Part shown: positions 25,080 to 38,491 of the stretch, piece after piece
Numbering within the stretch: the first letter of the stretch is position 1
Layout of the letters: each line of letters begins with the position of its first letter
Assembly: GCF_039654945.1 (NCBI RefSeq)
Contig: NW_027361687.1
Coordinates: 62,372,001-62,436,000, forward strand
Length of the DNA stretch: 64,000 nucleotides
Source of the DNA: Dendrobates tinctorius
Taxonomy: Eukaryota
Direction: 5' to 3'
Translations under genes and position numbers: made by a program
The notes under the pieces: model-generated
Told to the model about the DNA's origin: nothing
Seen by the model: the letters and a program-made list of their open reading frames with translations, nothing else
Database searches by the model: none

Positions 25080-25938
25080 GTCACACGGTAGCGAGGATGG
25101 GGCAGACCAAGCAGTCAGGGGAGGCCCCAGGTCTAGCATTTCCCTGGGAGCCATGTTCAATATGTGATGTTGTGGAGCTGGATGGAGCGCATCGGGGGGG
25201 GGATGATGCGGATGCATCCCATGACATTGGCCCTGGAGGCAGAGATTGCAGTGATGGCCCTGGAGGGAGAGGCACGGGACTCTGTTATGCTTAGGCCCCC
25301 CAGGCGAGAGACACCCTGGACAAAGAACTACGTATACTTAAGGAGATGCATGGGGATACCACTGACGTAGGGGAGCTGCGCATGCGACTGTTTCATTGGG
25401 TGCAAAGAGAGGGGGAGACCGTGACGCAATTTATGAACGCCATGCAAGAGCTCCATACTGCCATCATACGGAAGGACGGCATAGGTCAATTGCCGTTGTG
25501 CTCCAAGACCAGCTGGTGACGGGTTTGTGTGATGTGTTGATGAAACAGGCCCTGCGAGAGCGCATGCGGGTAAAGCCAGATATGACTTTCTCTGAAGTCG
25601 ACAGTTTTGGCGCGCACGAGACAGAGCAGGGAGTGATACTGCTGGTGGGGAAGGTACGGAGCGGGTAGGTAACTGCCACCACGGACACTGCCCCTCAATG
25701 GGTGGAAGACCTGAAGAGGGAAATTAGACAGGTCCATGAAGAAATGGCGGCGTCAAAAAGAACTCTGGCGGTAGAATCCGGCTCTTTGGTAGGAGACAGA
25801 GAAGTTGCCCCCCAACATGAGACTGGTGCTACCCGGAGGAGAAGCTCACCTACATGTTATACCTGCGGAGAACCTGGCCACGTTGCCCGGTGGTGTCTCC
25901 GGCGGAGCCGACCATCCCCGCGCCATCCGTTAAACTAG

Positions 25939-26847
25939 GTGAGAAATAAATCAAGTGGGCACCATCATTATAATACCAGAGAAAATAGTACTACAGGGAT
26001 CACTAAATGCATGTAAAATGTACCAGAACAATGTAAGACAAGTACATGCATACATTTAGGATCACCACACAAGATACAAATAGATATATCAAAATATATT
26101 TTATTGTTTACAGAACCAGAAAACAACACCCGTTTAAGAACACTTAAACACTCCCGCTAAATCACAGACTCTTGTACCCTGAAAGAAAAAATAACCTGAT
26201 GGAAAAGCCACTGGCCTATCATGCAGTAAGGTGGATACATACATCACCACAGACCAGCTGAGCTCACCTTGGGTGTCGGAATGCGTGGGTTATCATGCAC
26301 CACTTTGGCTGCATGACTGCTTCCCAGATGACGGGGCGACAGCGTCTTTTCCCTGACTGACTGGTCTGTTTTGATGTATTAGTCCACCTTACTGCATTTA
26401 CACCAGTGGCCTTTCCATCAGGTTATTTTTTCATTCAGGGTACAAGAGTCTGATTTAGCAGTAGTCTATTGGTGGTTATAATTGCATGTCTGTCGCTTCC
26501 CTGATAATATAGTTTCTACCTATTTATATTTTTTTCTTTACTCTGTGGGGCTATATAAGCAGCATTTCTATATGATACATGGTTTGTGCAATAATTATCA
26601 GCGGCCAGGGGTTGTATAATATTGACTACTTAATACTATACTAATAGGGAATTTGGATTGTGAGCCCCATCGGGGACAGTGATGATGTGTGTGCAAAAAC
26701 TGTAAAGCGCTGCGGAATATGTTAGCGCTATATAAAAATAAAGATTATTATTATTAATACTGATTTTTGGGGACCATGTTTGACCCAATCTATTGTATTT
26801 TTTAAGTGTTCTTAAACGTGATGTTTTCTGGTTCTGTAAACAATAAA
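25939..26847. repeat. Fold-back (nested inverted repeat) insertion inside element A
   Basis: 26100-26147 is inverted at 26801-26847, and 26157-26258 is inverted at 26361-26458. Confidence 0.75.
26638..26757 (+). mobile_element. L2-type LINE/SINE 3' tail
   Basis: Stem-loop AGCGCT..AGCGCT followed by ATATAAAAATAAAG(ATT)n. Confidence 0.65.
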
Positions 26848-27018
26848 GGAAGGCGTTAGGAACGGCAAAACGCACTAAATAAATAATAAAGTGCGTTCGC
26901 CGCTCGGGGTCCACCGTGCAATAGGTGTTAACACTGCCGCTATATAATGGCTGAGCCCTAGGCAGAGGGACAGAGTCCGTCTAGACCTACCGTGAATGCG
27001 GTATCGCTACCGCGGACG

Positions 27019-30000
27019 CCCCCGGGTCTCTCAGGATACTTGGCATGAAAGGCCCGGACCAACAGATCCGCATGAACCGATTGGGCAGGAACCCACGACC
27101 TGTCCTCAGGACCGTAGCCTTTCCAATGCACAAGATATTGAAGAGCACGACGGACCAACCTAGAGTCAACAATTCATTCCACCTCATACTCAGACTGCCC
27201 GTCTACCAAAACTGGTGGCGGGGAAGACAATGATCCCTCCCCACAGGACCCCACAGGTTTCAAAAGGGCCCTATGGAACACATTGGGGATCCATAGAGAC
27301 GGCGGGAGACGCAACCGAAAAGTCACTGGGTTAACCGCTTCAGTAATTTCATAGGGACCAATAAATTTAGGTCCAAGCTTCGCAGAGGGGACCTGGAGAC
27401 TTATATTCTTGATAGACAACCATACCTTATCCCCAACCTGGAACACCGGCCCCATGGACCATTTTCTGTCTGCAAAAAAATTATATATAGCCTGAGCTTT
27501 CGTAATGTTTCTCTGGACCTCCCGCCATACCTCCCCTAACCACTGGATAGTCTCATCCACCCCAGGACACCCCGAGTCCAAACGGGAGAACTCCCCAAAA
27601 TGTGGATGAAACCCATAGTTGCAGAGAAAGGGAGATGTACCCGTAGACTGGTTACTGCGGTTGTTAAATGCAAACTTGGCCAAAGGTAACGCAGTACACC
27701 AATCATCCGGTCGGGCTGAGGTCAGGCAACGCAGAATTTGCTCCAGAGACTGATTGGTCCGCTCAGTCTGCCCATTAGTCTCTGGATGATAAGCGGATGA
27801 AAAAGACAGACCAATACCCAACCTCTTACAAAATGCCCTCCAAAATCTGGAAACAAATTGTACCCCCCCCCCCCCCCATCAGACACCACATTCAAGGGTA
27901 CCCCATGCAACCGTACCACATACTCAACAAACAATCTGGACAACGTTTCTGCATTAGGTAGAGTCGCCATGGGTACAAAATGTGCCTGCTTACTAAACCT
28001 GTCCACCACTACCCAAATGACGGTATTACCCTTGGAATGGCGAAGATTGGTGATGAAATCCATGGACAAATGGGTCCATGGTCTATCAGGAATTGGCAGT
28101 GGCACCAATTCCCCGGCCGGCTGGTTATGGGGGGGGGGGGTTCGCAAGGGCACATACACCACAAGCAGACACAAATTCCCCAACATCAGAGGCTAAAGAA
28201 GACCACCAGAATATCCTAGCGATGGCCTTCCGGGTAGCCGAGATCCCTGGATGTCCACCCAGAACTGAGTCGTGGAACTCCCGAAGGACCTTGAGACGAA
28301 GTTGAGCTGGTACAAAAAGTTTATCCACTGGCTTAGCCGGAGGGACAAGAGACTGAGCTTCCCGAACCTCCGCTCCAACACAGTAGAAATACCTGCCACC
28401 ACCACCCCAGACTGGAGGATGGCGGTTCGGGGGGGGGACACCGGATCCAGACTGCATGACAAGGCATCAGCTCTGACATTTTTGGATCCTGGCCAAAAAG
28501 TGCTGGAGAACTGGAATCGGGGAAAAAAAACTTGACCATCTAGCCTGTCTAGGAGTCAACCTTTTAGCTGACTCAATGTGAGCTAGGTTCTTGTGGTCTG
28601 TAATTACGGTTATAGAATGGACAGCCCCCTCCAAAAAATGCCTCCATTCTTCAAAGGCCAACTTCACGGCCAGAAGTTCTCGATTCCCAACATCATAGTT
28701 TCTCTCCGCAGGGGAGAATTTCTTAGAGAAAAAGGCACAGGGTCTCAAATTAGTCAAAGTGGCGGGTCCTTGGGACAACACCGCTCCCACCTCTGAGGCG
28801 TCCACCTCAAACAATAAATGGAGCAGACGAGTCCGGTTGAATAAGAACCGGAGCAGACATGAAACATTTTTTTAAAAACTGAAACGCCACTATCGCTGCG
28901 GCTGACCAATTCTTGATATTGGCCCCCTTTTGAGTCATCTTTGAGAGGTTTAACTCCCTGTGAGAACCCCCTTATAAACTTGCGATAATAATTAGCGAAT
29001 CCTAGGAAACGCTGCAGAGCCTTCAAATCACAAGGTTGAACCCAATCGACAATGGCCTGCACCTTATTTGGATCCATGAAATACCCCTCAGCAGACACAA
29101 TGAATCCCAGAAAAGACAATTCCTGAACAAAAATTAAACATTTCTCTAGCTTAGCAAAGAGACAGTTCTCCCGGAGCCTTTGGAGAACTGCCCGAATATG
29201 ACCAATGTGAGCATGTTTATCAGGTGAGTAGATAAGTATGTCATCCAAATACACAACCATAAAACGTCCAATAAAATCAGAGAACACATGATTGATGAAA
29301 TTTTGGAAGACTGCTGGAGCATTGGTCAGACCGAAAGGCATGACCAAATTCTCAAACAACCCTTCAGTAGTGAGAAAAGCAGTCTTCCACTCATCCCCCT
29401 CCCGGACTCGGATAAGGTTATATGCTCCCCGTAGATCTAATTTCGAAAACCACTTAGCCCTAGACAACTGGTTGTACAAATCAGGAATAAGTGGGAGAGG
29501 GTAAGTATTTCTCACAGTTATTTTGTTTAACTCTCGAAAATCGAGGCATGGGCGCAAACCATCGTCTTTTTTCTTTATGAAAAAGAACCCCGCCGCCACG
29601 GGCGAGACAGAAGGACGAATGTGTACTTTACGAAGACTCTTGGAAATGTATTCTTTCATAGCAGCCCGCTCGGGACCCGAAATGTTATACAAGCGGGCCT
29701 TGGGCAATTTAGCACCTGGATCCAGGTCAATGGCACAATCAAATGGGCGGTGTGGTGGTAAAACTTCAGCCTCCTTTTCGGAAAAAACATCCGTATAGTC
29801 CTTCAGGTACTCCGGAATACCTTCCAGACCAACGGACGACAGACACAGTAGCAAGACATCTTTCAGAACAATTAGGTCCCCATTTAACAATATCCCGGGA
29901 ACCCCAGTCAATAATCGGGTTATACCGTTGCAACCATGGAAACCCTAACACCAGGCCAGCAGAGAGGTTATCCAAAGCATGACATACGCACCTGGTGAAG

Positions 30001-31819
30001 GGCCCCCACCCTGAAGGTGAATTCCTCAGAAACAAAATGGAGACCGTCCTTGGTGAGGGGTGTAGAATCAATGGGCATTATTTTTATAGGAGTCTCCAAC
30101 CTAACTGTCCCTAATCTACAGCTGGCCACCAGCTTGGAGTCAATCAGGTTCAAGGATGACCCACAGTCCACAAAAGCCGAAGTAGGGAAAAAACAGTTCT
30201 TAACACCAAGTTCCACCTTTAACAGTATCTTATAAAATGAAGAAAGGTGTACCTGAGAGTCTGAGTGACCTCCAAGATGATCACCCAGACTCAGCCGCTT
30301 GTTAGTTGGTAGGCAGGAGGGGCAGTCCTTTTTCCAATGTCCAGAATCACCGCAGTAAAAACACAGTTTTCCAAAGTGCTGTCGTGTCCTTTCTTTCTCT
30401 TTGAGGTCGATGGTTCCCATCTCCATGGTTTCCAATGTAGGACTGGCTCCCCTTCCTTGGGAGAATAACGGGGTCTCAATCTGCATCACTCTTCTCACCT
30501 GTAGCCTGCGATCCATTCGGGCGGCCTGTGTCATAGCATCCTCCAGAGAATCAGGTGGAGGGTGGAGTGCCAAGGCATCTTTCAGATGTTCAGGCAGGCC
30601 TCTACGGAACAAGCCCCGGAGGGCGGCATCATCCCAGAAGACCTCAGCAGCCCAGCGTCTGAACTCTGAGCAAAACCACTCGGCTGAGTGCTTCCCCTGA
30701 CATACACTCATCACCATGTCCTCAGCCTTACGCACCCGATCAGGCTCATCATAAATATGCCCCAGGGCCTCAAAAAATGCATCCACAGTCATACGCTCAG
30801 GGGCAGTGGTCGAAAGGGAGAAAGCCCAAGCCTGGGGGGCTCCCCTTAACAAAGACATAATGACCCCCATTCTTTGACTTTCATCCCCAGAAGAGTGTGG
30901 TCTTAATGAGGAAAAAAAGCTTACAGCCCTCCTTGAAAACTTTAAATTTCTTTTTGTCTCCAGAAAAGGTATCCGGTAATTTAACCGGGGACTCAGGGGA
31001 AACTAATGTAACATCTTGAGCCCCCGATGATAAAACCCCCTGCACAGTGTCAGCGATCAGCTGCTGAGACTGAGCCAGGACTCGTTGTTCCCCAATGAGT
31101 TTTTGAGACATCTGAGTCAGATGCTTTACCTGCTCAGAAAGAGCGTGCATAGGATCCATCACACACACAGGAGAGGAGAAGAAAAGAAAAAAAGGGTAAC
31201 GGTTAGTTATAATGTCAAGATCTTGTTAGCGTTGGCAAACTGCCATGGCTGAGCAGGTTGACTTACCCACACTACAGGAGGGCCCGGTGTCCGAGACTGT
31301 AGTGAAAGTTCAAGCAGACAGGACCTGCGACACTGAAAGTAGTAAGGAGTACAAGGACCTACGATCATGTGATTGCAGGGGGCGGGGCTTAGCGTCCTAC
31401 TGCTGCAGATGATGGAATATACTAACTGCAGGGATACTGTAGTAGAGGAGAGGGAAACGCAGGTCAGACAAGCAGAGGTCATACACAGAGAGGGCGGCGC
31501 GGTACCAGAGGAACGAGCAGAGAATAGTCAAGTCACAGGCAGAGAGTCGTACACAGAGAAGATAGCGCAGTACAAGAGGGACAGGCAGAACTCGTAACAG
31601 GGACGGAACCGGATCAAAACCAAGCAAGCAACAAGTTATCAGGCACAAGGCACACGTACGCAAGAGGTCAACTAACTCAGCCGAGGGCAGGAGTATAACT
31701 GACACCGGACCTAGGTCGAGTGGCCACTAAATAGCCGCCCTCTGCCAGAGAGAGGCAGAAACAATTAACCCGTCTGACCAGGACGGGCCAAAAACAAAAC
31801 TCCGTCCTGGATCATGACA
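27019..31819 (-). mobile_element. Chromoviral Gypsy element C inserted in the 3' LTR of B; own 3' LTR deleted
   Basis: LTR at 31213-31819 (TGTCAAGAT..ATCATGACA). Gag-CCHC-protease at 29968-31168, RT YLDD at 28754-29911, RNase H at 28467-28814, integrase with GPY/F at 27174-28457, chromodomain [19 protein letters not shown] at ~27019-27190. Confidence 0.9.
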
Positions 31820-34519
31820 GCAGCACGGCGACTGACACAGCCGCTATGCGACAGTGCCCAGGAGGGGCGCACTGTCGGACGCTAGTTAGGTAATGATATG
31901 CACTGTGGCCTGTAGCGTGCCACTGACTGGTGCTGACTCTATGACTAAGTCCCTATCCACACACGTAATATCAGAGGGAGGGGAGTCTTAATGAGTCATT
32001 CGCAGGTTCATGCATCCGTCATCCTTCACACATGTAGCAAGTAGAGTCTATACTAGCGCATGGCCGAGAGGCCATGCGGACCTTTTATAGCCGTGCGCTT
32101 CCGGGACCTTCCAGATCTCTGAAATGGACCAATGAGATCAGGAGAAGGACCTGAGCATGTGACTCCCGATCTCCAATGGGAGATTGTCTCGTGAGCATGC
32201 CCAGTAGCACGATGAGAGGACTTAGCCTCTGGAGCGTTTTGCTGCAAAGCAGCCTGCATTGCTATTGCCGACCCAAAGGTGGCAGCAACAGCCAGACCCA
32301 CAGAACAGGTCTGGGCAGAGCGTCTGGGACGCTGAGGCTGCTGAGCAATCTCCTCTGCGGTCAATAGACTGTGAGAGACCGCAGAATGTGAGGCTCTGGA
32401 TTCCTGCTGAACCCCTGCAGGAACCCGACGCCTAACATTCCCCCCCCTCCTAGGGCCCCCTCCCCCCTGAGCCTTCCAATCCACCCAAAAAAAATTTTTT
32501 GCCACGTACCACCCTGTGTCCCACAGAGGCATAGGCCTCAGACTCGTCCAAACACAAGTCTGATGTCCCGCCAGATGACTCGGAAAACCGGGACATGTGA
32601 ACAGGTGTGAGAAGGGACACGTGGAAGGCGTCAGAGATGGCTAAGTTGCCAGGGGCAAAAGCAGGAGCGGGGCGCCGATGTGTGTCGGCAGGTGTCTTCA
32701 TTCTCTCTTTAGAGGCATGTGTGGCATGCGAGGTGCGACCCAAACTGTCGCGAACCTCCATTGCCCGGTCTGCCACCGGCAAGGGATACAGTAACCCAGC
32801 TGGCCTCTGTTTAGTGGAGCTGTTCCGAGGACAAGAGGCGCGTGCCTGAATGTATTTTTTAGTGTCCCGGGCCCTGTGCGGCCACCAGTAAGACCTTGCC
32901 AGGAGTTTTGTGGTCCGCTTGTAACCAAAGTGACCAACCATCCTGGACGCGTGTGCCCACGCGAGAACCTTGGAACGCAGGCGAGGTGGGACAAAGGTCT
33001 TGGCCGACGGCACTGATTCAAGGGCGGCCGTAACCGTGGACCTCAGATTCCCAGTGGGGGGCGCGGAAAGACCCGCGGGCACCTCTGCAGAGGCTACTTG
33101 GACACTGCACCCCATGCACCTTCCCACACAGTCCTTGCCCTAGCCCAGTATACTCCCCGAGGACCACTCTATATGAGGGGAATGGCAACGGAGCCAAGGA
33201 AGTCCGAGAAGCACCTGGTTGATGCCCTTTGACATAATGAGCAGGGACAATGTCTTGTGATGAGACTGGGAGATTGAGAGCCCCAGGGATGCTGTCTGGT
33301 GGGTAATCTGAGATGGTAAGGTAGATCCGTTGACCAACCTGACGGTCACGGGGTAAGGAAGTGGCACCAGTGGAATAGCGTGCTTTTGGGCGAAGGCCGA
33401 GGACATAAAATTCCCTTCTGCCCCAGAATCCACCGTGACCTCTACCTCCCAGGTGGAAGCTCCACTGTCTAACATCCCTCGGAATACCGGTTTGGAGGAG
33501 AAAGTTTTCATTTTAGGTAGATCCCCACCAACTACTACAGGAGGCGAACGTTTTTTCGATCACTGCGGACACCTGTTAGCCAGGTGGCCAGACTGTCTAC
33601 ACAGGTAACAGCATGTGGAGCCCTGTGCCGGACGCGGTTTGGGACCGGTACGAGACACATCCATGGGCTCAGGAGATATAACCTCTAGATCAGGGGGTTC
33701 AAGCAATTCAGAGAAGTCGGGAGCTGACCTAAGCTTCTGTCTGGATTGAGTACGCTCTATCCCGCGCTCCGTAAAACGGAGGTCAATATGGGTGGAAATC
33801 GCAATCAACTCCTCTAGGCTTACGGGAACCTCCCTGGTAGATAAAGCATCTTTGACATGCTCAGCCAACCCTCTCCAGAACACAGGGATGAGTGTTTTAT
33901 CTGGCCACTCCAGCTCGGAAGCCAGTGTCCGGAAACGGTCGGCGTACTGACTGACTGGATCCCTGTGTTAACGCAAGTAACTGGAGAGAGGTGTCGTGAG
34001 TGACCCGGGGCCCTAAAAAGACCTGCTTTAGTGATTTCAGAAACGGAGCAGCGCTCAGTACCACAGGGTCATCACGCTCCCATAGTGGCGTAGCCCATTC
34101 CAACGCCCTGCCTGACAGGAGGGAGACTATAAACCCCACCTTAGCCCGCTCTGTAGGAAACCGCGCGGCCAGTAACTTGAGCTGGATAGAGCACTGGCTC
34201 ACGAAACCCCTACAGGTGGCGCTGTCACCAGAAAATTTATCGGGCAACGGGAGGCGGGAAATTGTCGCCGTGGACATGGATGCAAAGGAGACAGCCTCTG
34301 CAATTGTCTGAGCAGCGACCGCAGCAGCATCCGCAGCCGAGGTGGAACTCTCGAGGGCTGCCAACCTGTCCTCCAGCTGCCGAATGTACCGCTGTAGCTG
34401 CTGCTGGTCCGCCATTATTAGCCAGACCCTGGCGCTAGTATAATGTTAGGAACGGCAGAACGCACTAAATAAATAAATAATAAAGTGCGTTCGCCGCTCG
34501 GGGTCCACCGTGCAGAAGT

Positions 34520-35283
34520 TGTTGTGAGGTAGCGCTGTCATTCATGGTTGGGGGACACTCGCTTGGCAGCAAATAAATCACATCCAGTACGGGTTTTCCA
34601 TAAAACCATATCAGTCTGTGAGGTTTATTCACCATCATAAACCACAGCAGCAATATACAACAGCGTAGCGTCCATTATATAGCTTCACATTACAGCATAG
34701 CATCCATTAAACAGGCTTTTCATCCCCAGTGTTATCTCACCCACGTCAGGGTTCCCATATGGCTGTTTCTCCAGGCTGCAGACATCCACTCACTCCTCAG
34801 GGACTCTCAGACACTGGCTGCCATTACACACACAGCCGCTCCACAGGCTGTTAGTGAGGAGATCCTTCTCCTCATGGGACCTTCCAAACTGGACCAATCA
34901 GGTCCCAGCATTCACCCCTTGTGACCTACCCTGGCCACCTTATATGGTCCGTAGCCACGCCTACTGGGTCACATGGCTATGACCTCATGACAGGTCCTTC
35001 ACACACTTACAAAGCCTTTTTTTATAGGCGTTTTCAGACACACCCCTGGATGGATTTGTAGGTAACCAGAACCCGCCCATCTCTCTAGTTACCTGAAGAC
35101 TTCTCCCTTACACTTAGAAACAACACATCAGCAATGATATTGCTGATCACACATACACAAGTCTCCATCTCAAAGCCACCCACTTTGAGATACATAACTA
35201 TCCTTCAGGATTCTGCCACTCATCCGTTCTCGTGGGACATCCACACAGCGCCCCCTAGTGGACACAGTGGTCATTACACCACA
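34520..35283 (-). mobile_element. Probable solo LTR (D) inserted in the 5' LTR of element B
   Basis: TGT..ACA ends; absent from the other copy of the B LTR; minus-strand AATAAA at ~34624; CTCF motif at 35247-35264. No clear TSD. Confidence 0.7.
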
Positions 35284-36858
35284 GTGTTAACACTGCTGCT
35301 ATATAATGGCGAACACTAAATATGGCGATATTATGGCACGCAGGTTGGACGTCACTCGGTGTGCGCTGGGCATACTCTGTTAGCTTCACAGAGATGCCTT
35401 AGACATAAACATAAGTACTGAGCCTGTTGGACTCACAGGTCTCAGAGAAATGCACGCACGGTATATGGTCACAGGAGCTGAGCCCTAGGCAGAGGGACAG
35501 AGTCCGTCTAGACCTACCGTGCATGCGGCGTCGCTACCGCGGTCGCCCACAGGTGCTGCAGACTGCAGCGCGGCGACTGACACAGCCGCTATGCGACAGT
35601 GCCCAGGAGGGGCGCACTGTCGGATGCTAGTTAGGTGATGATATGCACTGTGGCCTGTAGCGTGCCACTGACTCTATGACTAAGTCCCTATCCACACACG
35701 TAATATCAGAGGGAGCGGAGTCTTAATGAGTCATTCGCAGGTTCATGCATCCGTCATCATTCACACATGTAGCAAGTAGAGTCTATACTAGCGCATGGCC
35801 AAGCGGCCATGCGGACCTTTTATAGCCGTACGCTTCCGGGACCTTCCAGATCTCTGAGATGGACCAATGAGATCAGGAGAAGGACCTGAGCATGTGACTC
35901 CCGATCTCCAATGGGAGATCGTCTCGTGAGCATGCCCAGTAGCGCGATGAGAGGACAGCCTCTGGAGCGTTTTGCTGCAAAGCAGCCTGCATTGCTATTG
36001 CCGACCCAAAGGTGGCAGCAACAGCCAGAACCACAGAACAGGTTTGGGACGCTGAGGCTGCTGAGCAATCTCCTCTGCGGTCGATAGACAATGAGAGACC
36101 GCAGAATGTGAGGCTCTGGATTCCTGCTGAGCCGCTGCAGGAACCCGACGCCTAACAAAGGCAAGCCGCCCAGAGCATGAAAGTTGGAGAAGTGTCAGAA
36201 GTCCCACCAGCCTTGTTTCCACATGCCCCCTGGTCTGGGCCAAAATCAATGGAAGAGCAGTGCGGTGCCTGATAGACACCGGCTCACAAGTGATCATCAT
36301 GCCTGAAGGATATTTTCGCCGACACTTTACGGAGGCACTACGGCCAGAATGGGACCCAGTGATCAAACTTACGGCGGCCAACCACTTACGCATCCCGGTC
36401 GTAGGGGTGGTATGGATGAACATAGAGGTCTGCGGAAAGGATGTAGGGAGAAGAGGAGTAGTACTGATGGATGGAGAAGCAGCTAAGGACCATACCGTAA
36501 CCCTGGGCATGAATGTGCGTAAAGATCTCGGGAGCCTTCTTTTCAACGAGTCCCCAGAACAGTTCCTACAACAGTGGAGCGACTAAACCCCTCAGAGAAG
36601 GGTCTTCCAGCTGATGATATAGACAGCCCAGGTCCGGGAAACATACAGCGATGGGAAGGAACTCGGCAAAGTCATCGCTCCCGCCTCCGTCAATCGAGTG
36701 TTGCCCCCTGGACAGACCGTGCTCCCTCTACCTATCCGAGCTGGTATTCCCCTGGAGGGGGTTGAAGTACAGGTTGAACCCAGCAAGGCCGACCAGCTGC
36801 CATCGGGAATATTGGTCGCACGGACCTTGGCTGCTGCACTGATGGCACTGTCCTTGTA

Positions 36859-38491
<1,633 letters not shown>

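Larger units (their letters stand above)
26854..36157 (-). mobile_element. Chromoviral (sushi/V-clade-like) Gypsy element B, non-autonomous (RT/RNase H deleted)
   Basis: LTRs at 34444-36157 and 26854-32437 (each interrupted), with TGTTAGG..CCTAACA ends and AAGG(C) flanks on both sides. PPT at 32438-32450. Gag at 33560-34415 (LPDKFSG, CCHC), protease DSGA at 33140-33511, integrase/chromo remnants at 32450-33127. Confidence 0.88.

Noticed and set aside
29968-34415. Domesticated PEG10/RTL-like gene
   Set aside because: The sequences are flanked by LTRs, PBS and PPT and broken by frameshifts, so they are ordinary retrotransposon copies.
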